From sequence record OZ035765.1: a stretch of DNA of 45,062 bases. The stretch is one strand, 5' to 3'. The notes below the pieces were generated by a model. That model made no database searches and had not been told where the DNA came from. It saw only the letters and a program-made list of their open reading frames with translations. This document shows positions 9,658-20,275 of the stretch, in pieces. Source of the stretch: Veterinaerplatzvirus T145P1. Position 1 is the stretch's first letter; each line of letters opens with the position of its first letter. The position numbers and the translations under genes were made by a program.

Positions 9658-9972
9658 ATGGCAAAGTTCAAACTTTCACTGGCAGCACTCCCAGACTTTA
9701 AGCTACCAGTAAAATTTAAGCTGGCTAACGACCAGGATGTAGAGGTTATCTTTACAGTCAAGCATAAGAAAACATCTGAGTTGCAGGAGCTGCTTAGCAA
9801 GGAAGACTTGAGCACAAAAGAGCTTATTATGGCAATTGCTTCTGATTGGGATCTGGAAGAAGAATACAACGAAGATAACGTTAATGAGTTCTCAGACCTT
9901 TTCCCGGCCTCAACTGTTGCACTGACAACTGCTTACATGCAAGCGCTTGCTGGTCAGCGAGTAAAAAACTAA
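9658..9972 (+). CDS. tail assembly chaperone (G-like)
   Basis: 104 aa acidic protein directly upstream of tape measure; ends at slippery AAAAAAC. Confidence 0.6.
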   Translation: MAKFKLSLAALPDFKLPVKFKLANDQDVEVIFTVKHKKTSELQELLSKEDLSTKELIMAIASDWDLEEEYNEDNVNEFSDLFPASTVALTTAYMQALAGQRVKN

Positions 9973-10292
9973 AACGAGCGGTGTATCTACAGTACCAGTC
10001 AGAGCCAACTGATGCCGAACTGGAAGCTATTGGGATGCGCCGCTCTGATTACGAAGATGAAGAGCCTGAGGTTTTACACTTCGACGACAACATGATGAAG
10101 GCGTGGGACATTTATTGTTCAATGGCTACGCAGTGGAGAGTAGGAGCCAATGGAGCTACAGGGTTAGATTACAACGTGCTAAATTTCCTCTTTAGAGTGT
10201 ATAATGTTTCTGAAGAAGAATTGGTACTCAGCGATTTACGCATCCTTGAAGCTAAGGCTCTTGAGATGATGGATAACCTGAGAAAAAAATAA
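9658..10292 (+). CDS. tail assembly chaperone frameshift fusion (G-T-like, -1 shift at 9963-9969)
   Basis: Heptamer A_AAA_AAC sits in the 0 frame at the 3' end of the upstream ORF; the -1 frame continues into the 9981-10292 ORF. Confidence 0.55.
9963..9969 (+). other. -1 programmed ribosomal frameshift slippery heptamer (A_AAA_AAC)
   Basis: Heptamer in the 0 frame immediately before the chaperone stop; -1 frame open through 10292. Confidence 0.6.
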
Positions 10293-10314
10293 CCCGCTTC
10301 GGCGGGTTTTCTAT
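10292..10314 (+). terminator. terminator-like hairpin before tape measure gene
   Basis: ACCCGC-TTCG-GCGGGT followed by TTTC. Confidence 0.45.
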
Positions 10315-10327
10315 TATGGAGGCTTAG

Positions 10328-13309
10328 ATGGCAACAAATGAATTAGCCGGAATCACACTAGCCGTAGATGTCTCGCAAGTAGACAGGGGAACGCAATCCC
10401 TGCAAAAGTTCAGACAGGCAAACCAGCAAGCCGCTTCCGGTATTAGTGAATTCGTCAACGCTGAGCAGGTTGCTAAAAAACAGGCGAGAGATACGGCTCG
10501 TGCACTTTCTGAGCAGCAAGCGTCACTAGCTAAATTGCAAACAGCTATCGACCCAACTGCTGCAAAGTTCCGCAAGCTGCAAGAGGCAGCGGTGGGTCTT
10601 GATAAGGCATTCGCTGCTGGCGTAGTTCCTGACGAGGAATTTTTCCGCTTAGGTGAGGCGCTAGAAACTCAAAACGCAAAACTTGCTCGTTCACGTGCGG
10701 CGCTAACTGAAGAGGGTAGGGCGGCAGCGCAGGCTGCAAAGGATAAGGCAAAAGCAAAGGCTGAAGCGGATAGATTCATTGCATCACTTGAGCGTCAGGC
10801 TCAAGCGGCAACATTGACGCGTGAGGAGTACTTAAAGTTACAAGCGGCCCAGCTTGGCGTTAGTTCTCAGGCAGCACCCATCATTGACAGAATCGCCGAC
10901 GCATCACAGAAGGCAAACACCCAGTTAATTGCTCAGAGTAATGCTTTTCAGAAATCAGGATTAAGCGCCGGGCAATACAAGAATGCCATATCTCAACTAC
11001 CAGCGCAGATTACTGATATTGGCACGTCGCTTGCTGGTGGCATTCCGATTTGGCTTATTGCAATTCAGCAAGGTGGGCAGATCAAGGATGCATTTGGCGG
11101 CATTGGTAACACCTTTAGATTCGCACTTGCAGCCTTAAACCCATTCAATGTAGCTGTTGGTGTTTTGGGTGGGGTACTTGTAGCTCTTGGTGTTGGTGCG
11201 GCTCAGGCTGAAAGTGAATTCAGAGCATTAAACTCTGCCATTGCATTTTCCAACAACTCTACAATCGCATCAATCTCGCAGGTTAGAGAGTTGGTTAGCT
11301 CTGTTTCTGATGCAACAGGTGCCACCAGAGGGCTTGTGACTAGCATCGCAACAAGCCTTATTGAGCAAGGGAACCTTACGCTGACGCAGATTGACAAGAT
11401 TACTAAATCGACCGCAAGATGGGCACAGTTGACAGGCAAGGATGCGAAGGAAATTACTGGTTACTATAACCAGATTGCGAGCGACCCAATACAGGGATTG
11501 GTTGATTTGGATAAGCGCTTTAACTTCCTCACTCAGGGGCAGTTGACGACAATCGAAAACCTGAGCAAGACAAAGGGAGAGGTCGAGGCCGTTACCGCCG
11601 CAATTGACATTTTCAGCAAGTCGCAGGAAGCAAACCTTAACGACATAGCAGCGCAGTTAACTCCACTTGAGTTAGCCTGGAATGACTTTAGAAAGTACAT
11701 CTCTGACATTTGGGATGCAATTAGCCGCAGAACGGTTGGGGCGCTAAACCTGTTTGTTGACGTAATTGCCGGAACAATTGAGCAGATCAGGGTCTTCATT
11801 AACCAGGGTGACGTACTGATTGGTGAATTCGTAATTAGCGCAACGCAAGCGCTGCAAAACATTCCTGGTCTTGATGGTGTTGGTGATGATGTCATAAAGA
11901 GCCAGCAGAAGATTATCGATGCAGCCAAGAAGCAAAACCTTGAGCTAGAAAAGTCTATCAAGGAGCGCGATGCCAGAATAAGAGAAGGAGAACTTGGTTA
12001 CGTTACTCGCAGAGAAAATCAGAATACCAATGAGCAGTCAGGCACGGATGAGGAGTTTGCAAAAAGGAAGAAGGCGCTTCAGGATGAACTTGATGCGATC
12101 AAGAAGAACAGGAAAGAAGAAAATGGCAGGGTTAAAGAGCAAAGAGACCTTACAATTGGTTACGAATCTGGCGTACTGGCACTTCAGGCTCAACTCAAGG
12201 TTCTTCAGGAAAATAGGGATATTGGCGCAGTAATAAGTAATGAGCGCAAGCAGTATCTTCAGGATGAAGCCAAATTCAGGATTCTTGAGCAGAGGCAGCT
12301 TGATGGTTCAATCACCAAAGAGCAGTCAAGACTTCTTCTTGAGAAGGATAAAGTCCTCGAATTGGCAAGGCAGAAGGCTGAACTTGGAGATCAGATTGTT
12401 TTGCAGGAGCGAGCCAATAAGTTAGCTGAAGATAACCGCAAGAAGATTCTTCAGATTAACAACGAAGCAAAAAACATTGATTTGGGGGCTGGTCTATCTT
12501 CTCGTGAACAACAGAGAGCCAAAGAGATTCAGGCTCTTCAGTCCAATCAGGTTAATGCTGGTGGCGCAATTGATGACGTGGATTTTCAGCAGCTTCTCGA
12601 GGCAAGACGTAACTTTTATGCTCAGGAAGATGCGCTACGTGAAAACTGGCTTGCTGGTGTGAACCAATCCTTTGCTAATTGGGCTGAGAGCGCGAAGGAT
12701 GCATTCTCAATTGCTGGAAGTTTAACCACCACAGTATTTGAAGGCATTACTGACCAGATTACTGACCTTGTAACAACTGGTGAAACTAACTTCAGAGAGT
12801 TCACTGTTAACATCCTTAAACAGATTGCTAAGATTGCGGCTCAGCTTCTTATTGTTAAGGCTATCGAGTCTAGTTTAAGTAGCTTTGGTGGTACTGGTGG
12901 CGCGATTGGCTCTATCGCATCTGCGATTGGTGGTGGATTCGCTAACGGTGGTTATACTGGTAATGGAGGGAAATACCAACCAGCAGGAACCGTACACCGT
13001 GGTGAGTTTGTATTCACAAAAGAAGCAACTAGTCGAATCGGTGTTAAGAACCTTTACGCTCTAATGAAAGGTTACGCAAACGGTGGTGTCGTTGGTGGTC
13101 CCTCTGGCTATGCAAATGGTGGCTTGGTTTCTGGAGGCACAGATGTTAATGTTAGTGGAATTACGGTTAACGTTAATAGTGGAATTGGAAGTGACCCAGA
13201 GCAGGCCAAGGCGCTGCAAAATGGCGTTAAGGCAATTGTAGCTGAAGAGATTTCTCAGTCTTTCCAGCAGGGTGGCAGAGCTTATCAGTACCTGCGCGGA
13301 TTTAACTAA
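10328..13309 (+). CDS. tail tape measure protein
   Basis: 993 aa, long coiled-coil, Gly-rich C-terminus; canonical position. Confidence 0.9.
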   Translation: MATNELAGITLAVDVSQVDRGTQSLQKFRQANQQAASGISEFVNAEQVAKKQARDTARALSEQQASLAKLQTAIDPTAAKFRKLQEAAVGLDKAFAAGVVPDEEFFRLGEALETQNAKLARSRAALTEEGRAAAQAAKDKAKAKAEADRFIASLERQAQAATLTREEYLKLQAAQLGVSSQAAPIIDRIADASQKANTQLIAQSNAFQKSGLSAGQYKNAISQLPAQITDIGTSLAGGIPIWLIAIQQGGQIKDAFGGIGNTFRFALAALNPFNVAVGVLGGVLVALGVGAAQAESEFRALNSAIAFSNNSTIASISQVRELVSSVSDATGATRGLVTSIATSLIEQGNLTLTQIDKITKSTARWAQLTGKDAKEITGYYNQIASDPIQGLVDLDKRFNFLTQGQLTTIENLSKTKGEVEAVTAAIDIFSKSQEANLNDIAAQLTPLELAWNDFRKYISDIWDAISRRTVGALNLFVDVIAGTIEQIRVFINQGDVLIGEFVISATQALQNIPGLDGVGDDVIKSQQKIIDAAKKQNLELEKSIKERDARIREGELGYVTRRENQNTNEQSGTDEEFAKRKKALQDELDAIKKNRKEENGRVKEQRDLTIGYESGVLALQAQLKVLQENRDIGAVISNERKQYLQDEAKFRILEQRQLDGSITKEQSRLLLEKDKVLELARQKAELGDQIVLQERANKLAEDNRKKILQINNEAKNIDLGAGLSSREQQRAKEIQALQSNQVNAGGAIDDVDFQQLLEARRNFYAQEDALRENWLAGVNQSFANWAESAKDAFSIAGSLTTTVFEGITDQITDLVTTGETNFREFTVNILKQIAKIAAQLLIVKAIESSLSSFGGTGGAIGSIASAIGGGFANGGYTGNGGKYQPAGTVHRGEFVFTKEATSRIGVKNLYALMKGYANGGVVGGPSGYANGGLVSGGTDVNVSGITVNVNSGIGSDPEQAKALQNGVKAIVAEEISQSFQQGGRAYQYLRGFN

Positions 13310-13339
13310 TTAACGGGGCTTCGGCCCCTAAGGATTTTT

Positions 13340-13690
13340 ATGGCAATAGATAATTTTACATGGTGTACACAAATCCAGAATGGTGGAGCTGCATTTTCCA
13401 ATACAAACAATGTTCGTATTGTTAGCTTTGGCAATGGTTTTGAGCAAAGAGGAACAGGGGGCTACCGCAGTAATAAGCGCAGCTACCAGATGACCTATAC
13501 AAACAAGGACTGGCGTGAGGTTATGGATTTCTGCTTCAATCACATCATCACACCATTCTTCTGGAAAACACCGCAAGGTGATACTTCTATGTTTGTTATT
13601 CAGCAGGATAGCATTTCAGTTACACCAATTAGTAGCGAAGTTCAGACTGTAAACATGCAATTCGTAGAAGTTTTTAGCTCAATGCGTTAA
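13340..13690 (+). CDS. minor tail protein (lambda M-like)
   Basis: 116 aa immediately after tape measure; canonical order. Confidence 0.8.
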   Translation: MAIDNFTWCTQIQNGGAAFSNTNNVRIVSFGNGFEQRGTGGYRSNKRSYQMTYTNKDWREVMDFCFNHIITPFFWKTPQGDTSMFVIQQDSISVTPISSEVQTVNMQFVEVFSSMR

Positions 13691-13693
13691 ACT

Positions 13694-13715
13694 AAGCCCC
13701 TATATGGGGCTTTTT
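13694..13715 (+). terminator. terminator-like hairpin
   Basis: AGCCCC-TATAT-GGGGCT followed by TTTTGTT. Confidence 0.5.
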
Positions 13716-13728
13716 GTTGGAGAAATAT

Positions 13729-14484
13729 ATGTTAAGTCCAAAGTTTGAAAATCAGTTGCAAAGCCTTTTCCCTGGTGAGATTGTGACACTAATCCAGGTT
13801 GACGGCACGTCCTTCGGGGGTCTCGTTTATTCGTTCCACAATGAGAACATCTCATACACTCCAGAAGAAATCATGCTGGCTCAAATGAATGGCGAGCCAC
13901 TACCAGAGAAAACCATCACATTTCGTGGTGAAGAGTACGGGCCTAGACCATTTGGAATCTCTGGCATAAATATGACTTCTGACGGAAAGGCCAATAAGGT
14001 TACATTAACGGTATCAAACGTTGACCAGCGTATTAGTGCGTTAATCCGAACATACAACGGACTTGTTAAAGCTAAGGTTACAATCTGGATTACTACGCGC
14101 GATAACATCAATGAGGATGGAAGCATTGCTGACGGGGACTATCGCAGATTCGTTTACTTTATTGAGCGACCGAAGCAGGTTGACTACAAGACCGCATCGT
14201 TTGAGCTAAGCAGCCCGATGGATATGGATGGTATTTATATCCCCGCAAGACTTGTTCAGTCTGTTTGCTATTGGGCTTCTAGGGGTTGGTATCGCAGCGG
14301 TAATGGATGCGACTACGCTGGCAATCGTTATTTTGACAAAGACGACAACCCGGTAAGTGATCCGTCTCTAGATTTCTGCGCCGGAACAGTTAATAGCTGT
14401 AAGATTAGATTTGGAGAGAATAACCAGCTTTCATTTGGTGGATGCGCAGCAGCAAGCCTTCAAGCTAAAGCGAATCAGAGCTAA
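13729..14484 (+). CDS. minor tail protein (lambda L-like)
   Basis: Start moved to ATG 13729 (GGAG upstream); canonical order. Confidence 0.8.
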   Translation: MLSPKFENQLQSLFPGEIVTLIQVDGTSFGGLVYSFHNENISYTPEEIMLAQMNGEPLPEKTITFRGEEYGPRPFGISGINMTSDGKANKVTLTVSNVDQRISALIRTYNGLVKAKVTIWITTRDNINEDGSIADGDYRRFVYFIERPKQVDYKTASFELSSPMDMDGIYIPARLVQSVCYWASRGWYRSGNGCDYAGNRYFDKDDNPVSDPSLDFCAGTVNSCKIRFGENNQLSFGGCAAASLQAKANQS

Positions 14485-14493
14485 GGGGGAACA

Positions 14494-15252
14494 ATGTTAA
14501 CACCAAAAGTTAAACTGGAAATCTTCCAGCACGCAAAGGAAGTTTACCCGCATGAGTGCTGTGGAGTTGTTACGCAGAAGGGTCGCGCTCAGAGGTATCA
14601 CAGAATCACCAATGTCAGCAAGGACCCGGAGAATGAGTTTATCCTTGATTCGAATGAGTATGCAGATGTTCTCTTTGAGTTGGCTCACAATGAATCTATT
14701 GTTTACGTAGTTCACTCTCATACGGGTGATGGCGCAACAACAAGGCCTAGCCCAGCGGATATTTGCAGCTGTAATGAATGCGAGGTTCCTTACGTTATTG
14801 TAAGCATCCCAGAGTTGGACATGAGAATCCTTGAGCCATCAACCATGCCTCTGATTGGTCGACCTTGGGGGCTTGGTAGCTTTGATTGCTGGGAGTTGGT
14901 AATGGCGTTCCACAAGAAATACGGCGTCAAACTGAATGACTACCGAGTTAATTACCCGTGGTGGGAGAAGCGGTACAATGAAAATATCTATGACGACAAC
15001 TGGATTAAGGAAGGATTTGAGTTGGTGAAAACTTCAGATATTACTGTTGGCTCAATGATTATGATGCAGGTCCAGAGTGAAGTAACAAACCACGCCGGAA
15101 TCTACATTGGCAACAACAGATTCATTCACCATCTTTATGGTAAAATGAGTTCCATTGATATCTATTCCGATTACTGGCGAGAGCGCACAGTGAGAATCGT
15201 TCGCCATAAGGATTTACCAGAGGATGTAATCTATGACCCAGAAACTGATTGA
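14494..15252 (+). CDS. tail assembly protein (lambda K-like, MPN/JAMM plus NlpC/P60)
   Basis: JAMM-like HSHTGDG...SPAD motif and C-terminal Cys/His NlpC-like residues. Confidence 0.85.
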   Translation: MLTPKVKLEIFQHAKEVYPHECCGVVTQKGRAQRYHRITNVSKDPENEFILDSNEYADVLFELAHNESIVYVVHSHTGDGATTRPSPADICSCNECEVPYVIVSIPELDMRILEPSTMPLIGRPWGLGSFDCWELVMAFHKKYGVKLNDYRVNYPWWEKRYNENIYDDNWIKEGFELVKTSDITVGSMIMMQVQSEVTNHAGIYIGNNRFIHHLYGKMSSIDIYSDYWRERTVRIVRHKDLPEDVIYDPETD

Positions 15253-15805
15253 TATTAAGTTAGGTCTGTCTCTAGGCCGCAAGTTTGGAAAGATTCACCA
15301 GATGGCAGTGAATAGCGTGCCGGAGGCAATGAGAGCACTTTGCTCACAGATTCCTGCATTCAAGGAGTTCATGAATAGCCACGTTGGTCAAAATACAAGG
15401 TACGCCGTGTTCGTTGATGGTAAAAATGTGAACGAGCATCGAATTTCTGATTTTAGTGCCGTTCAGGAGATACGAATCTTGCCAATTCCGCAGGGTCGCA
15501 AGTCAGGCGGCTTGTTTCAGACAATTTTAGGTGCAGCCCTTATCGTTGTTGGTATCTACACTGGCCAGGCTTATCTTGTTGGTGCAGGTATCTCTCTTGC
15601 TGCTGGCGGTGTTGCTCAGTTGCTTTCACCTCAAGCTACTGGGTTGAAAGACCAAAGTAACCAGACAAGTAACAGGGCATCTTACGCATTCGGCTCGGCT
15701 GTAAACACGGTAGCCGCTGGCTACCCGGTTTGCCTACCGTATGGCTATCGAACGGTTGGAGGTTCGGTGTTTAGCGCCGGCTCGTATAGTGAAGACATTG
15801 CTTAA
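15233..15805 (+). CDS. tail assembly protein (lambda I-like)
   Basis: 190 aa, hydrophobic Gly-rich segment; overlaps K-like gene. Confidence 0.75.
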   Translation: MTQKLIDIKLGLSLGRKFGKIHQMAVNSVPEAMRALCSQIPAFKEFMNSHVGQNTRYAVFVDGKNVNEHRISDFSAVQEIRILPIPQGRKSGGLFQTILGAALIVVGIYTGQAYLVGAGISLAAGGVAQLLSPQATGLKDQSNQTSNRASYAFGSAVNTVAAGYPVCLPYGYRTVGGSVFSAGSYSEDIA

Positions 15806-15812
15806 ATACCAT

Positions 15813-15836
15813 ACCCGCCTAGTGCGGGTTTTTTAT
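15813..15836 (+). terminator. rho-independent terminator between I-like and J-like genes
   Basis: ACCCGC-CTAGT-GCGGGT followed by T6. Confidence 0.6.
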
Positions 15837-15885
15837 TTAGTGTAGAATGGCACAAATGATCAAAACAAACATGAGGCTTTGTGAT

Positions 15886-18800
15886 ATGGCTGAAGATATT
15901 AAGATTTATGGTGCTAAGGGTGGTAGCCAGAAGCAGCACCAACCAGTGGAACAAGAAGACAACCTGATTTCATTAAACAAGGTCAAGGTATTACTTGCGG
16001 TTGCTGACGGCGAGGTTGACCCTAACTTCTCAATGAAAGATTTATACCTTGCTGACGTTCCGGTGCAAAACCAGGATGGTAGCTACAACTATGATGGTGT
16101 TCGCGCTGAGTTCCGTGCTGGCACGCAGTATCAGGACTATATCGCCGGGCTTGACGGTGCTAACTCAGAGATTCAGGCATCCAGAGAAATCAAGAACGAT
16201 ACCCCGTACATCATTGCGGTTAACAATACTCAGCTTTCAGCAATTCGAGTTAAGCTATTTTGGCCTCGACTGGTTAAGCAAGAAAACAACGGAGACCTGA
16301 ACGGAACAACTTGCGAGTACGCAATTGACCTTTCTGTTAATGGTGGTGCTTACCAGGAATACACTCGCGGAGTTGCTAACGGCAAGACAACTACAGGTTA
16401 CGACCGAAGCATTCGCGTAAACCTTCCGGCAGAGTTTGATAGTGCGCTTGTTCGCATCCGTAAGATTACAGCTGACTCAACGAGCAGCACACTGGTTAAC
16501 GGAATGCAGATTACAACCTATCAGGAAGTAATCGACGCCAAATTCCGCTACCCGCTTACGGCTCTGGTCTATGTTGAGTTTGGTTCTGACTTGTTCCCTA
16601 ACGGCATCCCGACAATCTCAATAAAGAAGCGTTGGAAGCTAATTCAGGTACCGACAAACTACGACCCGGAGACAAGGACTTACAGCGGGACATGGAATGG
16701 CTTATTCAAGATGGCATGGTCGAATAACCCGGCATGGGTTCTCTATGACCTGGTGACAAACCGACGCTATGGGCTTGACCAGCGAGAGTTGGGTGTAGAG
16801 ATTGATAAATGGGGCTTGTATGAAGCCGCGCAATTCTGTGACCAGATGGTTCCAGATGGTAAGGGTGGTTTAGAGCCGCGTTACCTTTGCGATATGGTTG
16901 TGCAAAACAAGGTTGAGGCCTACACGCTAATTCGTGATATCTGCTCAATCTTCCGTGGTCTGACTTTCTATGACGGTGAAAAGATTGGTATCGTGGTTGA
17001 TAAGCCTCGCAACCCATCTTACATCTTCACCAATGATAACGTTGTAAACGGATTGTTCAGTCGAACCTTTGCCAGTGATAAAAGCCTTTACACCACGGCA
17101 AACGTCCAGTTTGATGATGTAGAGAACAACTATCAACAGGATGTTGAGCCGGTATTTGAATTAGAGGCAACTCGTCGTTTTGGATTTAACCCTGTAGATT
17201 TAACTGCGATTGGATGCACTCGCAGAAGTGAAGCAAACAGACGTGGCAGATGGCTCCTGAAAACAAACCTGAGAAGCGAAACTATCAGCTTCACTACTGG
17301 GTTGGAAGGTATGATTCCGATGATTGGCGAGGTAATTGCGGTCAATGACGCTGCATGGTCTAGCAACTATCAGTTAAACCTTTCCGGTCGTATTGAGTCA
17401 GTTCAGGGGTTGCAGGTTTTTACCCCTTTTAAAGTTGACGCAGCGCCTGGTGACAGAATTCTTCTGAACAAGCCAGACGGAAGTCCAGAGGCAAGAACTA
17501 TTGCCAGCGTTTCGGAGGATGGAAGAACAATCAACCTTAACACTGCTTTTAGTTTTGTAGCTCAACCTGACACTGTTTTCGCAATCGATAAGGATAATCT
17601 CGCGCTTCAACAGTATGTTGTGACCGGGATTCAAAAAGCAGATTCTGATGGCTCTGATTCATTCCAGTATACGATTACCGCAGTAGAGTATGACCCGAAC
17701 AAGTATGATGAGATTGATTATGGTGTAAACATTGTTGACCGCCCAACATCAATTGTTGAGCCTGATAGATTGTCGCCACCTGAGAACTTAACAGTATCAA
17801 GCTACAGTAAGGTTGTTCAAGGGTTGTCAGTTGAGACGATGGTTATCGGATGGGATAAAGCTCCATACGCTAAAACATACAATGTTCAGTGGAGGAAAGA
17901 AAATGGCAACTGGATTAACGTACCCAGAACGGCAAGTACAGAGGTTGATATCGAAGGTATTTACGCAGGAATCTATGACGTTAGGGTTCGCAGCGTATCA
18001 GATACTGAAAACGTGTCTTCCTGGTCTGGCATTGTAACCGTATCGCTAACTGGCAAGATTGGTCGCCCATCGGCACCTACTGTTATCACGGCATCAACAG
18101 ATGAGGTATTTGGCATCCGTGTTAAGTGGGGTTTCCCTGAGGGTTCTGGTGACACTGCTTACACTGAACTTCAGCAGGTCCCTGATAATGGTGACGGCAC
18201 TTACAATCCTGATAACGCAAGTTTGCTGACGTTACTGCCTTATCCAGCCTATGAATACTGGCACACGCCAATTCAGCCGGGTAAGGTCATCTGGTATCGC
18301 GCAAGATTGATTGACAGAATCGGCAATACCTCTGATTGGTCTTATTTCGCTAGAGGTATGAGTACTGACGACGCCAACATCATCAACGATTATATCAAGG
18401 TTGATATTGAAGGCTCGGAGGGTTTTAAATACCTAGAGCAGAATGCGATTCAAAAGAACCAGGACATTCAGAATCAAGCCGAGGCAATCATCGAGAACGC
18501 GCTGGCTAATGATGGCGATGTTCGTCGCATGACTAAGGAGAACGGCAAGCGTAAGGCTGAATATGTTCAGGCTGTGAATCTCATAGCTGATGAAACTCAG
18601 GCGCGTGTAGAGGCTCTTACGCAGCTTAAAGCGCAGATTGATGATGAGGTTGTTTCATCGATTACAGAAGTTCAGACTGCATTAGCAACAGAGACAGAAG
18701 CAAGAACTACTGCGGATACGGCTCTATCAGCAAGACTTGGTGAAAACGAGGCTGCACTAAACCAGAAGCTGGACGCTTTTTCTAACGCCACATCGACTGG

Positions 18801-19272
18801 TGTACAGTATGGGATTAGTCTTGGCCTGAAATACAACGGACAGACTTATTCATCCGGCATGAGTATGGAGCTTGTTGGCACTGGTGGGAATGTTCGCAGT
18901 CAGTTCATCTTTGACGCAAACAGATTCGCAATCAGTAACGGCATTGGTTCTGGTTCCGGTCAGTGGCAACTCCCATTCGTTGTAGAGAATGGAAACGTAA
19001 TAATCCAAAGCGCAGTAATCGGCGATGGCTCAATTACTAACGCTAAGATTGGTAATATAATTTCATCAAATGATTATGTGGCAGGCTCTCAGGGATGGGC
19101 GATACTGAAAAGTGGTGCGTCAGAGTTCAATAACACAACTGTAAGGGGCAATCTTTACGCTAACAATGGTAACTTTGCTTTTAACGGAACCAATAACACG
19201 GTTCAGATTAACAATAACGGAATCACTGTAAACTTACCGAACGGAGGAAGAGTGGTAGTTGGAGTGTGGTAA
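15886..19272 (+). CDS. tail tip / host specificity protein (lambda J-like)
   Basis: Start moved to ATG 15886 (GAGG RBS; the track extension overlaps the terminator); 1128 aa. Confidence 0.85.
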   Translation: MAEDIKIYGAKGGSQKQHQPVEQEDNLISLNKVKVLLAVADGEVDPNFSMKDLYLADVPVQNQDGSYNYDGVRAEFRAGTQYQDYIAGLDGANSEIQASREIKNDTPYIIAVNNTQLSAIRVKLFWPRLVKQENNGDLNGTTCEYAIDLSVNGGAYQEYTRGVANGKTTTGYDRSIRVNLPAEFDSALVRIRKITADSTSSTLVNGMQITTYQEVIDAKFRYPLTALVYVEFGSDLFPNGIPTISIKKRWKLIQVPTNYDPETRTYSGTWNGLFKMAWSNNPAWVLYDLVTNRRYGLDQRELGVEIDKWGLYEAAQFCDQMVPDGKGGLEPRYLCDMVVQNKVEAYTLIRDICSIFRGLTFYDGEKIGIVVDKPRNPSYIFTNDNVVNGLFSRTFASDKSLYTTANVQFDDVENNYQQDVEPVFELEATRRFGFNPVDLTAIGCTRRSEANRRGRWLLKTNLRSETISFTTGLEGMIPMIGEVIAVNDAAWSSNYQLNLSGRIESVQGLQVFTPFKVDAAPGDRILLNKPDGSPEARTIASVSEDGRTINLNTAFSFVAQPDTVFAIDKDNLALQQYVVTGIQKADSDGSDSFQYTITAVEYDPNKYDEIDYGVNIVDRPTSIVEPDRLSPPENLTVSSYSKVVQGLSVETMVIGWDKAPYAKTYNVQWRKENGNWINVPRTASTEVDIEGIYAGIYDVRVRSVSDTENVSSWSGIVTVSLTGKIGRPSAPTVITASTDEVFGIRVKWGFPEGSGDTAYTELQQVPDNGDGTYNPDNASLLTLLPYPAYEYWHTPIQPGKVIWYRARLIDRIGNTSDWSYFARGMSTDDANIINDYIKVDIEGSEGFKYLEQNAIQKNQDIQNQAEAIIENALANDGDVRRMTKENGKRKAEYVQAVNLIADETQARVEALTQLKAQIDDEVVSSITEVQTALATETEARTTADTALSARLGENEAALNQKLDAFSNATSTGVQYGISLGLKYNGQTYSSGMSMELVGTGGNVRSQFIFDANRFAISNGIGSGSGQWQLPFVVENGNVIIQSAVIGDGSITNAKIGNIISSNDYVAGSQGWAILKSGASEFNNTTVRGNLYANNGNFAFNGTNNTVQINNNGITVNLPNGGRVVVGVW

Positions 19273-19277
19273 TAAAT

Positions 19278-19305
19278 AAAGCCCCTTAATTGGGGCTTTT
19301 CTTTT
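19278..19305. terminator. bidirectional terminator (J gene and convergent minus-strand operon)
   Basis: A-run, AGCCCC-TTAAT-TGGGGCT, T-run. Confidence 0.65.
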
Positions 19306-20275
19306 AGTAGAAGTTTGGGATAAATGGAAGTGCCATTGATATGTTCGTGTCGAAAGGAAACTGAGCGCCTGTCTGAGTTGAGTAGTTACCTATTACAGAT
19401 CCAGGAACAGCCCTAACGGAGCCTCCAGACATGCAAACACCCTTGTATCGTAAGTTGTTATACCCTCCGGTAACTCTAGTTGTAGCGCCGCACCTAAGCA
19501 GCGGGAAGAAACCACCATTTATTGACTGATATCCATTGCTTATTTGTATAAATCCACCAAGAACGAATGGGCGGCGAACACTTGAAAAAACAATCTGACC
19601 AGAACTATTTGACATTGTGAGTCCAGGCCCGGCCGGTGGTGGTTCATTCCTGAATATCACCAGCTGAACATGGGTACTTGCCGCAACATCATCTGTACCT
19701 CCGTAGGTTATATCCCTACACCATATTGTTGATCCATCTGATTCAAGTGATACGTTTGGATTATCCCACTTGCCGAATGGTATTCCGCTAACTGGTAGCG
19801 ATGCTGCACCGTTAACCTGTATGCCCCCAACCCAGGCCGCAGACATTAGCCGCGAGTTGCTTGATATAGCAAGGAAATCAGTTGAGTTCTCAACAAGTAT
19901 TCCAGGACTTGATGAGGATGAAGCCGGTAGTATCTCAAAGCAATTACCAGCAAAGTCAATTATTCGACCATTAGCACCATTGAAGTTGCTGATAGTTATC
20001 CTGCCAGTTCCGTCATTTACCTTTTGAAACCCGTTCATGTAATAAACTTCGGGTATAACATCGTAAGCGTCAACGTGGACTGCCTTCGTTGGTAGGCAGA
20101 AAGCCGTAGAGCCAGGAAACATTGTCAATCCAAAATCCCACGAGATTGCCGGGGTTGAAAGTCCATTGGTATTTATTGATCCAGTCACAGCAGGTGCCCT
20201 TAATCCTGCCGTGATTTCCATCGCTGGTCTTCCGTCATTGAGGTCAATCAATATACCCTGCGGCATTATTTCCAC
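19304..20275 (-). CDS. hypothetical beta-rich protein coupled to cor-like gene
   Basis: 323 aa, Gly/Asn/Ser-rich; start overlaps the stop of the upstream lipoprotein gene. Confidence 0.5.
   Translation of the reverse strand: MEIMPQGILIDLNDGRPAMEITAGLRAPAVTGSINTNGLSTPAISWDFGLTMFPGSTAFCLPTKAVHVDAYDVIPEVYYMNGFQKVNDGTGRITISNFNGANGRIIDFAGNCFEILPASSSSSPGILVENSTDFLAISSNSRLMSAAWVGGIQVNGAASLPVSGIPFGKWDNPNVSLESDGSTIWCRDITYGGTDDVAASTHVQLVIFRNEPPPAGPGLTMSNSSGQIVFSSVRRPFVLGGFIQISNGYQSINGGFFPLLRCGATTRVTGGYNNLRYKGVCMSGGSVRAVPGSVIGNYSTQTGAQFPFDTNISMALPFIPNFY

Noticed and set aside
10324-12813. Multiple 60-140-aa ORFs inside and antisense to the tape measure gene
   Set aside because: Fully contained within a well-supported 993-aa gene; no RBS or promoter context.
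16706-18155. Several minus-strand ORFs inside the J-like gene
   Set aside because: Antisense overlaps of a 1128-aa gene without translation signals.
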